32,000 bases of DNA, taken from positions 1,110,001 through 1,142,000 of the forward strand of contig NZ_LT934425.1 in NCBI RefSeq assembly GCF_900232105.1. The letters run 5' to 3'. The notes below the pieces were generated by a model. It ran no database searches and was not told the DNA's origin. It saw only the letters and a program-made list of their open reading frames with translations. Source of the stretch: Candidatus Kuenenia stuttgartensis. Lineage in GTDB: Bacteria > Planctomycetota > Brocadiia > Brocadiales > Brocadiaceae. The position numbers and the translations under genes are program-made. This document shows positions 12,464 to 23,020 of this stretch, piece after piece (position 1 is the first letter of the stretch; each line of letters begins with the position of its first letter).

Positions 12464-12657
12464 AAAATTTTTACCAACAAGAATTATGGTATTAAAAACA
12501 CATTAAGCGACACTTGCAGAGCCTGGATATTTTTAAAGGATTATTTGTTGCCGCTAAAAAAAAGAAATGTAAGCCGGAAATGATTCTATAATGCTGCTTT
12601 ATGTAATAATGTTATCTAACAAATTTTTATTTAATATTACACCCCTATTTGCATAGC

Positions 12658-12704
12658 GTATGGGAGAAGCATTTGCCTGTTTATAGCAAATGCTTCGCCC
12701 ATAC
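12658..12704. terminator. Strong hairpin immediately downstream of clpC
   Basis: GTATGGGAGAAGCATTTGC (12658-12676) pairs with GCAAATGCTTCGCCCATAC (12686-12704), 19 bp with one mismatch, 9-nt loop. It is followed on the plus strand by TTTTG. Confidence 0.5.
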
Positions 12705-12728
12705 TTTTGTTGGCATATCTCAAATTAA

Positions 12729-15209
12729 TTAAATGCCATTTTCAGCATTTGCCAGCGCTGGTTCCGGTTCTTCAACAATATCCTCGAACACCAGCTTGCC
12801 ATCTTGCAATAAAACTTTCACACTGGATTTTCCTTCGAATCGTCCCTGCAAAATTTCCTCAGAAAGAGGATCTTCTAAATAATTTTCAATAGCCCTCCTG
12901 AGTGGTCGGGCGCCAAAATTTTGATCATATCCCTTGTCTATAAGGAAATTCAATGCTTCATCTGTCATTGTAATGCTGATTTGATACGGTTCCAATCTCT
13001 TTTTCACGTCAACAAGTTCAATTTCAACAATCTTCTTCAAATCATCTTTGTTTAAAGGTTTAAAAACAATAATATTATCTATTCTGTTTAAAAACTCCGG
13101 ACGAAAATGTTTTTCTACCTCCTTTTTCAATTGTTCTTTCATTACCTCGTAGTTATCCTTCTCCGAAGCTTTACGAAATCCTAAAGAGGCCTGATTTTTA
13201 ATAACCTCCGCGCCAATATTTGAGGTCATAATAATGATAACATTACGGAAATCAACATGCCTGCCGAAACTATCGGTAAGTTTTCCTTCATCCATGATCT
13301 GTAACATCATGTTAAAAACATCCGGATGCGCCTTTTCAATCTCATCTAATAAAACAACCGCATAAGGACGGCGGCGAATTTTTTCCGTTAACTGCCCGCC
13401 TTCCTCGTAGCCGATATAACCCGGAGGAGCTCCTATTAATCGTGAAATACTGTGCTTTTCCATGTATTCTGACATATCAATCTGTACCAAAGAACCTTCT
13501 TCTCCAAAAACCAATTTGGCGAGAGATCTTGCCAAATGTGTCTTACCAACACCGGAAGGGCCTACAAAAATAAAAGAGGCCACAGGGCGATTTGGATTCT
13601 TCAGTCTAGCGCGTGATCTTCTGATTGCTTTGGAAATTGCCCTGGTTGCCTCTTCCTGGCTTATCACCATTTTATGAAGTTCCTCTTCCATATGAAGCAA
13701 TTTATTTGCCTCTGTCGATTCTATTCGTGAGATAGGTATGCCGGTCATTTTCGACACTACTTCATCAACAATTTCAACATCAACCTCCCCTTCCAGTTCG
13801 GCATGTTTTTCCCGCCACTCTCTTTCGACAACTTCCTTTTTCTTTTTCATTTTGTCCGCTTTATCCCTTAACCGTGCCGCCCTTTCAAAATCTTGTATTG
13901 CCACGGACTCATCTTTTTCTTTTTCCAGCCGGATAATTTCGTCTTCCAGATGTTTTACGTCCGGCGGTTGCGTGGTTGCTTTGAGTCTTAACCTGGCGCA
14001 CGCCTCATCGATTATATCAATAGCTTTATCGGGCAAAAATCTTCCGGTAATATAACGCACGGAAAGTTCAGTTGCGGCTTCTAATGCCTCGTCGGTAATT
14101 CTTACTTTGTGGTGAGATTCATAGCGGTCGCGAAGCCCTTTTAGTATTTCAACCGTTTCTTCTTTCGACGGCGGCTCTACGATAATTGTCTGGAACCTTC
14201 TTTCTAGCGCACCGTCTTTTTCGATATATTTTCTGTATTCATCCAAAGTGGTAGCTCCGATACACTGTATTTCACCACGGGACAAGGCAGGTTTTAAAAC
14301 ATTTGAGGCATCTATAGCGCCCTCTGCCCCTCCTGCGCCAACAAGGGTATGTAACTCATCAATAAAGAGTATGATGTTTTTTGCCCTTTTTACTTCTGAC
14401 ATTACCGCCTTGATCCTCTCTTCAAACTGGCCTCTGTATTTCGTACCGGCTACCATCATTGCGAGATCAAGGGCTACTATTCTGCGCCCTCTCAGCAACT
14501 CAGGAACATCCCCGTGAACCACTACCTGTGCAAGGCCTTCAACTATCGCAGTTTTTCCCACGCCGGCTTCCCCCAGAAGAACAGGATTGTTTTTTGTTCG
14601 CCTGCATAAGACCTGAACAACACGTTCAATCACATCTTTCCTTCCAATAACCGGATCAAGTTCTTTTTCTCTGGCCTGCTGTGTAAGATCGCGCCCGAAA
14701 GAGTCAAGCGCAGGAGTTTTGGAACGTCCTTTCTTTTCTTCTTTTTCCTGTGATTGACTGTTTTGCACCGATTCCGAGCCCAGCAAACCAATTACTTCCT
14801 CCCGTACTTCTGCAGGTTTAACGCCCAGGTTCAATAATACCTGCGCGGCTACACCTTCCTGCTCCTTCAACAAGCCCAACAATAAGTGCTCCGTTCCTAT
14901 ATAATTATGTCCCAGCGCCCGCGCCTCTTCCATCGCATATTCCAGCACCTTTTTTACGCGGGGCGTGAACGGAAGCTGCCCTACCGATACCAGATCAGAT
15001 CCACCTTGCACTATCTTTTCTATTTCAATACGTATTTTCTTTAGTTCAACATCTAAGTTTTGCAGAACATTAGCCGCAACGCCGCTTCCTTCTTTCACCA
15101 GCCCTAATAATATATGTTCTGTCCCAATATACTCGTGATTAAACCGCCTTGCCTCTTCCCGCGCAAGGGCCATAACCTTTCTGGCACGATCAGTAAATCG
15201 ATCAAACAT
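12729..15209 (-). CDS. clpC: ATP-dependent Clp protease ATP-binding subunit ClpC
   Basis: Clp N-terminal repeats ([34 protein letters not shown]), two AAA domains ([18 protein letters not shown]), central UVR-type segment between them. Confidence 0.97.
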   Translation of the reverse strand: MFDRFTDRARKVMALAREEARRFNHEYIGTEHILLGLVKEGSGVAANVLQNLDVELKKIRIEIEKIVQGGSDLVSVGQLPFTPRVKKVLEYAMEEARALGHNYIGTEHLLLGLLKEQEGVAAQVLLNLGVKPAEVREEVIGLLGSESVQNSQSQEKEEKKGRSKTPALDSFGRDLTQQAREKELDPVIGRKDVIERVVQVLCRRTKNNPVLLGEAGVGKTAIVEGLAQVVVHGDVPELLRGRRIVALDLAMMVAGTKYRGQFEERIKAVMSEVKRAKNIILFIDELHTLVGAGGAEGAIDASNVLKPALSRGEIQCIGATTLDEYRKYIEKDGALERRFQTIIVEPPSKEETVEILKGLRDRYESHHKVRITDEALEAATELSVRYITGRFLPDKAIDIIDEACARLRLKATTQPPDVKHLEDEIIRLEKEKDESVAIQDFERAARLRDKADKMKKKKEVVEREWREKHAELEGEVDVEIVDEVVSKMTGIPISRIESTEANKLLHMEEELHKMVISQEEATRAISKAIRRSRARLKNPNRPVASFIFVGPSGVGKTHLARSLAKLVFGEEGSLVQIDMSEYMEKHSISRLIGAPPGYIGYEEGGQLTEKIRRRPYAVVLLDEIEKAHPDVFNMMLQIMDEGKLTDSFGRHVDFRNVIIIMTSNIGAEVIKNQASLGFRKASEKDNYEVMKEQLKKEVEKHFRPEFLNRIDNIIVFKPLNKDDLKKIVEIELVDVKKRLEPYQISITMTDEALNFLIDKGYDQNFGARPLRRAIENYLEDPLSEEILQGRFEGKSSVKVLLQDGKLVFEDIVEEPEPALANAENGI

Positions 15210-15216
15210 AAAACAC

Positions 15217-16284
15217 CTATCCTTTCAAAGTTTCTATCTTTTCAAGCCGTTTCCTTACATACAACGCACGAATTATATTTCTTTGCGAAGAAGTAAGCTC
15301 GCGCCCTTCTAACTTTTGTAAATGTCCCGGTAAAGTAAGAACAAAAAGTTCATTTAATGTTTTCATTTCAATATCATTGATAATTCCCAAATTAACGCCC
15401 ATCCTCACTTGCGAGAGAAGATGCATGATTTCTTCCGAAGTAATCATGCGTGCAACCTTCAGCATCCCGTACGATCTCCACACGCGGTCTTCCAGTTGTT
15501 CCCTGCTTTCAGCGATCAGGGACTTTCTTGCAATCCGTTCGTAACTGGTAATCCTGGGAATTACCCCTTCAATAATTTCAATAATTTCGGCCTCTGATTT
15601 TCCAAGGGTAAACTGGTTTGAAATCTGATATAAATCCCCGGAGACCTGCGTCCCTTCTCCGTATAAACCTCTCACTACCAAGCCAAGCTTCATTACTGCA
15701 TTAAATACTTTTTCTATATGATGTGTCATTCCCAACGCCGGCAAATGAAGCATTACCGATGCCCTCATCCCCGTACCAACATTTGTGGGACAGGCCGTTA
15801 GATATCCAAATTGCGATGAATACGCATAGTTTATTTTTCTTTCCAGTTTGTTATCAATAATGTCTATCGTTTTCCATGTTTCCCGAAGCTCAAGGCCGGA
15901 ACGGATTACCTGTATTCTTATATGATCCTCTTCATTGACCATAACGCTAATATTTTCCGATTTTTCAAAAGCGACGCCTCTCTCTTTTTCACCTTCTGCA
16001 TGTTCCCTGCTAATGAGGTGTCTTTCTACGAGAAACAGCCGGTCAACAGAAGAAAGTTCTGACAGGTTAATATAACTAAGGGCAGGTGCAACATCCGCGT
16101 CTATAATCTTTGTTCTTATAAGTTCCTCAAGTTCCTTCTTTTGTTTTACATTAGCACGGGAAAGAAAGGGATATTTTGCCACATTTCTCGCAAGGCGAAT
16201 CCTGCTGCTTATAACAATGTCAGATTCCGGTCCCGTTCCCCTAAGCCATTCACCTGTATTATCAGCCAAATCACTTATTTTCAT
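15217..16284 (-). CDS. mcsB: Protein arginine kinase McsB
   Basis: ATP:guanido phosphotransferase fold motifs: VISSRIRLARNVAKYPF, YLTACPTNVGTGMRASVMLHLPAL, RGLYGEGTQVSGDLYQISNQFTLG. Confidence 0.96.
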   Translation of the reverse strand: MKISDLADNTGEWLRGTGPESDIVISSRIRLARNVAKYPFLSRANVKQKKELEELIRTKIIDADVAPALSYINLSELSSVDRLFLVERHLISREHAEGEKERGVAFEKSENISVMVNEEDHIRIQVIRSGLELRETWKTIDIIDNKLERKINYAYSSQFGYLTACPTNVGTGMRASVMLHLPALGMTHHIEKVFNAVMKLGLVVRGLYGEGTQVSGDLYQISNQFTLGKSEAEIIEIIEGVIPRITSYERIARKSLIAESREQLEDRVWRSYGMLKVARMITSEEIMHLLSQVRMGVNLGIINDIEMKTLNELFVLTLPGHLQKLEGRELTSSQRNIIRALYVRKRLEKIETLKG

Positions 16285-16771
16285 TATTATCGCCCGAAAG
16301 TTCGTATATTTTATCTCTCAACTCAGCCGCCCTTTCATAATCTTCCTTTTCGATTGATTTATTCAATTCATTTCTAAGCTGCATGAGTTCATTTTTTTTA
16401 ATCATTTCTTTCCCCGCCCTGGAAGGCACTTTTCCCACATGCTGTGCGCTGCCATGCATTTTTTCAAGCAAAGGGATTAACCCCTTTCTGAAAACAGTAT
16501 AATCCATAGGGCAACCAAGTCTCCCGTGTGAACGAAATTCCAAATATGATAATCCGCAAACAGGGCATACAATCTTGGATAACTCGTTTATCCCCGGAGC
16601 AACCTGATTAATAAGATTTGTTAATATTTCTGTAGGAGAAGGTACCTTGGCAATCTGCGTGCTTACTCCTTGCGCACATTCTTCACAAAGATGCCGTTCT
16701 TTCTTCACATTACCAACGATTTCCGTCAAGTGCACGGTTGCGTATTTTTTGTTGCAGGATTCACATTTCAT
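16271..16771 (-). CDS. mcsA: McsA-type zinc-binding, UVR-domain activator of protein arginine kinase
   Basis: CESCNKKYATVHLTEI...CEEC, CPVCGLSYLEFRSHGRLGC and C-terminal UVR motif LRNELNKSIEKEDYERAAELRDKI. Overlaps mcsB by 14 nt. Confidence 0.94.
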   Translation of the reverse strand: MKCESCNKKYATVHLTEIVGNVKKERHLCEECAQGVSTQIAKVPSPTEILTNLINQVAPGINELSKIVCPVCGLSYLEFRSHGRLGCPMDYTVFRKGLIPLLEKMHGSAQHVGKVPSRAGKEMIKKNELMQLRNELNKSIEKEDYERAAELRDKIYELSGDNNENK

Positions 16772-16808
16772 GCTTTGTCACCCCCATAAATCTTTCTGCG
16801 GGAAAACA

Positions 16809-18107
16809 TTACTTCTTTTCCCATTTTAACAAATCTGTCACCCTTCCTAAAGAACTTTTTTCAGATAATATTTCTTTACGAATCCTATTTTCTTTTTCCA
16901 GACAATCCATGCCATAGTTAACACTAATTTCAGATTCCGCCTGAGGTACTGCCATGAGCCCATCCTCATCTCCGATTATCCAATCCCCCGGCATGATTTG
17001 AATTCCGGAGATATTCAGAGGCACATTAATTTCCCCCAATCCTTTGGGTTCTCCCGCATCAGGCATGACTAATTTTGTATACACCGGAAAATTCAATTGC
17101 TTCATTTCCGCCGTATCGCGAACCGCTCCATAAACTACCAAACCGCTTAATTTTTTTTGTATAGCGCTGTGCGTAGCCAGTTCTCCCCAAACAGCAGGCC
17201 CCGTTCCGCCGGCATCAATTACGATTACATCCCCTTCTTTCGCAATATCTATGGCTTCTACAGGCTTAGCCCAGTCGCCGGGATAGGTTCGAACGGTGAC
17301 GGCAGTGCCTATGAGTTTTATGGAAGGATTTACCGGATACAGCCCTACAATACTTTTCGCGCGATGACGGCCATCGGATATGTTTGCGGTCGAAAGTTTC
17401 ATGAACGCATTCCGGACGTCTTCGCGGGTTACTCTTTTGAAAAAGCCGGTCTGAATTCTTCTGTTTTCTTTAACAGCTTGCCTGATATTGTTTGCCGCAT
17501 CCCTGGCGTTTTCTGATTTACTGATATATCCGCCAACAATTACGATTTGCGCCCCGGCATTGATCGCATCAACAACATTTTCAGAATTTATGCCCCCCGC
17601 GACAGCAACAGGGGTATGCGCATTTTCGCATATGTGCCGTAATACATTAAAAGGTGTTTTTCCGCTCATTTGATCGTCGATTGCGGTGTGGATAGAAATA
17701 TAATCGACGCCGCATTTTTCAACAATTCCGATACGTTCATCAATTGCGTCAGTATCCATAAAATCAGCGCATACTTTTATGCCATAATTTTTACCGGCCA
17801 ACACGCATTCCCGTATCGTTGCACCAGGCGCATTGCCCATTACCACCGCAATATTGGCGCCTGCTTTTGCAGCCATTTCCATTTCTACGCGTCCGGCATC
17901 CATAGTTTTCATGTCAGCAACCAGCATCGTATCGGGAAATATTTCTCTCAGCCGGCGAATGGCATTCATTCCTTCGCTTTTTATAAGCGGGGTGCCTATT
18001 TCCAGCCAATCAGCGCCACCTTCTATTGCCTCACTGGCAACCTTTATCGCCCTGTGAATATCCACAAAATCAAGAGCTACCTGAATAATAGTATGCTTTT
18101 CAGACAT
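16809..18107 (-). CDS. Fusion of 3-hexulose-6-phosphate synthase-like domain and RraA-like aldolase/regulator domain
   Basis: N-terminal half has the OMP-decarboxylase-like motif DMKTMD and VAVAGGINSENVVDAINAGAQIVIVGGYI (HPS family). C-terminal half has ANISDGRHR and VVYGAVRDTAEMKQLNFPVY (RraA family). Confidence 0.88.
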   Translation of the reverse strand: MSEKHTIIQVALDFVDIHRAIKVASEAIEGGADWLEIGTPLIKSEGMNAIRRLREIFPDTMLVADMKTMDAGRVEMEMAAKAGANIAVVMGNAPGATIRECVLAGKNYGIKVCADFMDTDAIDERIGIVEKCGVDYISIHTAIDDQMSGKTPFNVLRHICENAHTPVAVAGGINSENVVDAINAGAQIVIVGGYISKSENARDAANNIRQAVKENRRIQTGFFKRVTREDVRNAFMKLSTANISDGRHRAKSIVGLYPVNPSIKLIGTAVTVRTYPGDWAKPVEAIDIAKEGDVIVIDAGGTGPAVWGELATHSAIQKKLSGLVVYGAVRDTAEMKQLNFPVYTKLVMPDAGEPKGLGEINVPLNISGIQIMPGDWIIGDEDGLMAVPQAESEISVNYGMDCLEKENRIRKEILSEKSSLGRVTDLLKWEKK

Positions 18108-18121
18108 TATTAAAAAAATCC

Positions 18122-18487
18122 TTATTCAAAATACGTTGCGCCACATCGGTCTGATTCCCACGTAGTAACTTTTTCAACCTTTATGCCTGAGGGCATGGCA
18201 CTTGTTAATTCTCTGTAAATCATTCTGGAAATGTTTTCGGTGGTTGGGTTTTCGGCCTTAAAATGTTCCATGTCATTTAAGTACGTATGATCAAATTTTT
18301 TTGTAACGTCTCCGATAAGCTTTTTTGCTTCTCTGAAATCAATCACCATTCCAAGATTGTCCAGCTTTTCCGACTTCAAAACAACCTGAACCTTCCAGTT
18401 ATGGCCGTGAAGATTTTCACACTGTCCTTTATATCCCCGAAGATTATGTGCCGCCGCAAAATCCGTATCGATTATAAGTTCGAACAT
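18122..18487 (-). CDS. queD: 6-carboxy-5,6,7,8-tetrahydropterin synthase / 6-pyruvoyltetrahydropterin synthase family
   Basis: Zn-binding and catalytic motif CENLHGHNW, FREAKK...FDHTYLND, NPTTENISRMIY, and C-terminal VTTWESD. Confidence 0.92.
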   Translation of the reverse strand: MFELIIDTDFAAAHNLRGYKGQCENLHGHNWKVQVVLKSEKLDNLGMVIDFREAKKLIGDVTKKFDHTYLNDMEHFKAENPTTENISRMIYRELTSAMPSGIKVEKVTTWESDRCGATYFE

Positions 18488-18714
18488 AAATATTGCTCCG
18501 GAAAGAAATGGTTTTTAAAGAAAGGTATTACAAAACGCTGCACTTTTTAGTAAAAGGGACGGGCAATTGGACAAACATTGCTTTTTACCTGAAGCTTTGA
18601 AAAAAGCTTATCCGCGGCAAAATTAAAAGTCAAGGGTTTTAATCGAAAGAAAGAATGTGCTTAACGTCTTTTTATAAAAAAACATAGGATAACCATTCCT
18701 TCATTTTCAATGGC

Positions 18715-20502
18715 TCATTTTCTTTTGAAATGTTTGTACAATTCATCCAAAGAAAGTGATAGTGTCGTCGGCCGGCCATGGGGGCAGTTATTTGTATAGG
18801 CATTGATATTTTTTTTCTTTTCCATGAGTTCTTCTATTTCCCGATACTCTAATCTTTGCCCCGCTTTTACCGCGGCCTTGCATGCCATGATATTGACTAG
18901 TTTATTCATGACGCCTTCATTGCCCTTTCGGGAATCTTCCTCGCCAAAATCATGCGTCAGGTTTTCTATAAATTCTTTTCCATTTAAATGTTTCAGGATT
19001 TGGGGAAAGGAACGAATCATAATGGTATTGCTTCCAAATTCCTCGATCTCTATGCCAATGCCTTCCAGTTGTTCTTTTATGCTTAATACGAAAAAAAAGT
19101 CTTTTGGGTTCAATTCCACAAGTTCCGGGATCAGTAATCGCTGGCGGGGAGATTGAGATGACTGCATTCCTTTCAATATTGCATGGTACAGGATTATTTC
19201 ATGCAAGGCATGCTGGTCTATAATATTCAAACCCTCATTCGTCTCTTCTACAATAAAGGCATTGTGAATCTGAAAATACCTTTTTTTGCCGGAGAAAATC
19301 GCTTTCCCAACAGATATCTCTTCTCTTATGGGCATGGCCGTGGTGTGCTTCACATCCGTAGATGGCCCTGACGCGGGCGTTTTTTCCACTGTTTTTTCAA
19401 AAGGAAATTGTTCCCATAAAGAGGTGTTTCTATGATCAACTGTATCGGTGTTTCCCAAGTCTCTTTGAAATGTTTTTTCCGGCGTCACTATATCAATGGA
19501 TTTGGGCTGTGATTTATTCAAGGCGTCTTTTAGCGTAGAGAGCACATAATTAAAAACAACACTCTTATTCCGGAACCTTACCTCTGTTTTTGTGGGATGG
19601 ACATTGACGTCCACCTCGGACGGTGCAACCGTTAAAAATAAAAATACTATGGGGTATCGTTTGTTCATTAATTTCCCATGGTAAGCGTCGCTGATTGCAC
19701 GGTAAATAGCCGTATCCTTAATATAACGTCCGTTTAGAAAAATAAATTGCAGCCTTCCATTCGCTTTGTTCAGGAATGGCGGTGCAATATATCCTTTGAG
19801 GGAAAACAACTCTTCCCGGAGAAAGGCAGATAAAAGATGTTTTTTCAACTCACTGCCAAAAAATGTCTCAATTCTTTCTATTACTTCCTGAACGGGCGGA
19901 AGGTTAAATACCGTTCTGTTGTTGTGTCTTAACGTAAAATGGATATTCGGATAACACAGGGCAAACCGCGTTAACACGTCTGAAATATAAGACATCTCCG
20001 TCGGCGCCGTTTTCATAAATTTCTTACGCACGGGAGTATTAAAAAAAAGATCCTGCACCTCTATCTGCGTGCCTTCCGGCGCCCCGCATTCTCTCACATC
20101 GCCAATGCGGCCCCCTTCGGTTTTTATTTCTGCGCCACTTATCGCCCCTCTTATTCTCGAAGTAATTTTTGAGTTAGATACCGCACCAATACTGGGCAGG
20201 GCTTCGCCGCGAAACCCCAGTGTGTTTATCGCAAACAAATCTTCCGCGCTGGATAGTTTGCTGGTAGTGTGGCTTCGGAAAACAAGAGCGAGGTCTTCCG
20301 CGTCAATACCAACGCCATCGTCGGATATTCTTATCAGTTTTCTTCCCCCGTCTTCCAGATAAACATCGATCCTCTTTGCCTCTGCATCAATGGCGTTTTC
20401 AATGAGTTCCTTCACAACAGCGGCAGACCTGTCAATTAACTCGCCTGCCGCAATTTTATTAATTACCGACGGAGGAAGAATTTTAACTTTACCCATTTTC
20501 AC
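18715..20502 (-). CDS. mutL: DNA mismatch repair protein MutL
   Basis: IKILPPSVINKIAAGELIDR-type N-terminus, DNGVGIDAEDL-like region (DDGVGIDAEDLALVFRSHTTSK), TLGFRGEALPSI, C-terminal DQHALHE, ACKAAVKAG and CPHGRPT. Confidence 0.97.
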   Translation of the reverse strand: MKMGKVKILPPSVINKIAAGELIDRSAAVVKELIENAIDAEAKRIDVYLEDGGRKLIRISDDGVGIDAEDLALVFRSHTTSKLSSAEDLFAINTLGFRGEALPSIGAVSNSKITSRIRGAISGAEIKTEGGRIGDVRECGAPEGTQIEVQDLFFNTPVRKKFMKTAPTEMSYISDVLTRFALCYPNIHFTLRHNNRTVFNLPPVQEVIERIETFFGSELKKHLLSAFLREELFSLKGYIAPPFLNKANGRLQFIFLNGRYIKDTAIYRAISDAYHGKLMNKRYPIVFLFLTVAPSEVDVNVHPTKTEVRFRNKSVVFNYVLSTLKDALNKSQPKSIDIVTPEKTFQRDLGNTDTVDHRNTSLWEQFPFEKTVEKTPASGPSTDVKHTTAMPIREEISVGKAIFSGKKRYFQIHNAFIVEETNEGLNIIDQHALHEIILYHAILKGMQSSQSPRQRLLIPELVELNPKDFFFVLSIKEQLEGIGIEIEEFGSNTIMIRSFPQILKHLNGKEFIENLTHDFGEEDSRKGNEGVMNKLVNIMACKAAVKAGQRLEYREIEELMEKKKNINAYTNNCPHGRPTTLSLSLDELYKHFKRK

Positions 20503-21020
20503 ACACTGCCCTAAATCCTAAACAAAAAAAATACTCACAGTAAAAATCTGCGGTAACCCTTTTTTGATATCCTTATTAATAGTAAATTGTCTCTTGGCTT
20601 CTGACACAATACCTTTTTTCATGCTACACAACAAATTTATTAGATGCATTTAACATTGACTATTTATTATAATGCTATTCTAAATTAAATCTTAACATTT
20701 TTATTAAAAAACGCACTTTCCTTATTATAATATTTATCAATAACTTCAGAATCATTGCCGCCGAGTTAAGAATTATTTTACCGAATAACTCCCTTTTGCC
20801 CTGCCAGAAATTGGATATGGGCAGACAGATTTTCTTGCAGCTAATTTAACTAACCCCCGATGAACGGAGATCACAACGAAACATGAAAGTCGTCCGGATT
20901 GGTATTAATATAGTATCTATTGTATTCATAAAGAACTTGTAGTTAATTTTACAATGTTACATGGAAAGACTTTCATATAGAACAACACCGACTTCAAACT
21001 TTTAAATAGCAGGAATATAA

Positions 21021-23006
21021 ATGGAATTTGAAGGAAGAAAAAGGGTAATTATTGAAAACGTAAGACCGCAAATTGATTGCGGTCGTTTTCCAGTAAAACG
21101 AGTAATTGGAGAGAAGGTAGTAGTCCAGGCAGACGTCTTTACTGACGGACACGATGATGTTATCCCTGTTTTATTACAACGTAAGGCCAGCGAAAAGGTT
21201 TGGCTGGAAATACCCATGAAGACTCTGGGAAATGATCGATGGGAAGGAAACTTTACTGTTCGGGAAATCGGCATTTATTATTATACAGTTGAAGGATGGG
21301 TAGATCACTTCACCACATGGAAAAAGGAACTGAAAAAAAAGTATGACGCAGGGCAGGAAACAAGCATGGATATTTTGACAGGCGTTGTCTATATTCAAAA
21401 ATCATCAGCGCTGGCAACAAAGGATGATTCCAAAAAACTTCATGTATTTGCTAATACCTTAAAAACAGAAAAAAATACAGCAGGAGCCCTTTCTCTTGCC
21501 TTTAATGAGGAATTAGCTTCGCTTATGAAAACATGGCCAGACAAAAGTCTGTCAACTCTATATGAAAAAGAATTAGGAGTAGTGGTGGACAGGGAAAAGG
21601 CTCTTTTTAGCGCCTGGTATGAATTGTTTCCGCGTTCCTGTAATTCTGAACAGGAAAGAGGCGGCACATTGAAAGACTGTGAATCACTCATTCCTGAAAT
21701 CGCAAATATGGGTTTTAATATATTGTACTTGCCTCCAATTCATCCTATTGGAATAACGAACCGAAAGGGGAAAAACAATTCCCCTGTCTCACAAAAGGGA
21801 GAGCCTGGAAGTCCCTGGGCAATCGGATCGCACGAAGGAGGGCATACGTCAATACATCCTTCCCTTGGTACAGAGAAAGATTTTCAAGCGCTGATAGAAC
21901 GGGCGAGGGAATATAATATTGATATTGCATTGGATCTTGCGTTTCAGTGTTCCCCGGATCATCCTTATATAAAAAAACACAGGAACTGGTTCAAGATACG
22001 ACCTGATGGTTCAATACAACATGCGGAAAATCCTCCAAAAAAATATGAAGATATTGTTCCCTTTAATTTTGAAACGGAAAACTGGAAAGGACTTTGGCAT
22101 GAGCTGAAAAATGTTGTCTTTTGCTGGATTGAACGCGGGGTTCGTATATTCCGGGTGGACAATCCACATACAAAACCGTTTGCTTTTTGGGAATGGTTGA
22201 TAGGAGAAACACAAAAAATCTATCCGGAGGTAATTTTTCTTTCAGAGGCTTTTACGAGGCCAAAAGTAATGTACCGATTGGCTAAAATAGGGTTTACACA
22301 GTCATATACCTACTTTACCTGGCGGAATACAAAACGGGAACTGACTCAGTATGTCACTGAACTCACACAGGAAGAATTAAAAGAATATTTCAGGCCGAAT
22401 TTCTGGCCAAATACGCCGGACATTTTACCGGAACAACTGCAATATGGAAGAAGACCAGCATTTATAATACGGTTTATCCTGGCAAGCACCCTGTCTTCTA
22501 ATTACGGTATTTACGGACCTGCCTTCGAACTTTGTGTCAGTGAAGCGGTAACCGGTAAGGAAGAATATTTTAATTCCGAAAAATATGAGATAAAACAATG
22601 GAACTTGAACATGCCGGGAAATTTAAAGGATCTCATAACAAGGATAAATCGGATACGCATAGAAAACGCAGCATTGCAGGATACAGGGAATATACGTTTT
22701 TATGAAGTTGATAATGAACATCTTCTCTTCTATGGAAAGACAACAGAAGACCTTTCCAATATTATACTCGTCGTTGTCAATCTGGACCCGCACCATGCTC
22801 AATCGGGCTGGGTCAATGTTCCGATAAAAATATTGGGAATAGACGCAAATCAGTCATACATGGTGCATGATCTGTTGAGCGATGAAAAATACGTGTGGCA
22901 GGGGAAAAAAAACTATGTAGAACTTCAGCCCGATGCCACTCCCGCGCATATTTTCCGAATAAGGAAAAGGCTGAGGAAAGAAACCGATTTTGATTATTAT
23001 ATGTAA
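21021..23006 (+). CDS. glgE: Alpha-1,4-glucan:maltose-1-phosphate maltosyltransferase (GH13_3)
   Basis: GlgE-type N-terminus (RVIIENVRPQIDCGRFPVKRVIGEKVVVQADVFTDGHD), FNILYLPPIHPIG, GVRIFRVDNPHTKPFAFWEWLI, FLSEAFTRPKVMYRLAKIGFTQSYTYFTWR. Confidence 0.95.
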   Translation: MEFEGRKRVIIENVRPQIDCGRFPVKRVIGEKVVVQADVFTDGHDDVIPVLLQRKASEKVWLEIPMKTLGNDRWEGNFTVREIGIYYYTVEGWVDHFTTWKKELKKKYDAGQETSMDILTGVVYIQKSSALATKDDSKKLHVFANTLKTEKNTAGALSLAFNEELASLMKTWPDKSLSTLYEKELGVVVDREKALFSAWYELFPRSCNSEQERGGTLKDCESLIPEIANMGFNILYLPPIHPIGITNRKGKNNSPVSQKGEPGSPWAIGSHEGGHTSIHPSLGTEKDFQALIERAREYNIDIALDLAFQCSPDHPYIKKHRNWFKIRPDGSIQHAENPPKKYEDIVPFNFETENWKGLWHELKNVVFCWIERGVRIFRVDNPHTKPFAFWEWLIGETQKIYPEVIFLSEAFTRPKVMYRLAKIGFTQSYTYFTWRNTKRELTQYVTELTQEELKEYFRPNFWPNTPDILPEQLQYGRRPAFIIRFILASTLSSNYGIYGPAFELCVSEAVTGKEEYFNSEKYEIKQWNLNMPGNLKDLITRINRIRIENAALQDTGNIRFYEVDNEHLLFYGKTTEDLSNIILVVVNLDPHHAQSGWVNVPIKILGIDANQSYMVHDLLSDEKYVWQGKKNYVELQPDATPAHIFRIRKRLRKETDFDYYM

Positions 23007-23020
23007 AGGAGTATCGCTCT

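Noticed and set aside
20640-20740. Promoters in the mutL/glgE divergent region from two TTATTATAAT boxes
   Set aside because: The -10-like boxes have no convincing -35 at 16-18 nt. The region is simply AT-rich.
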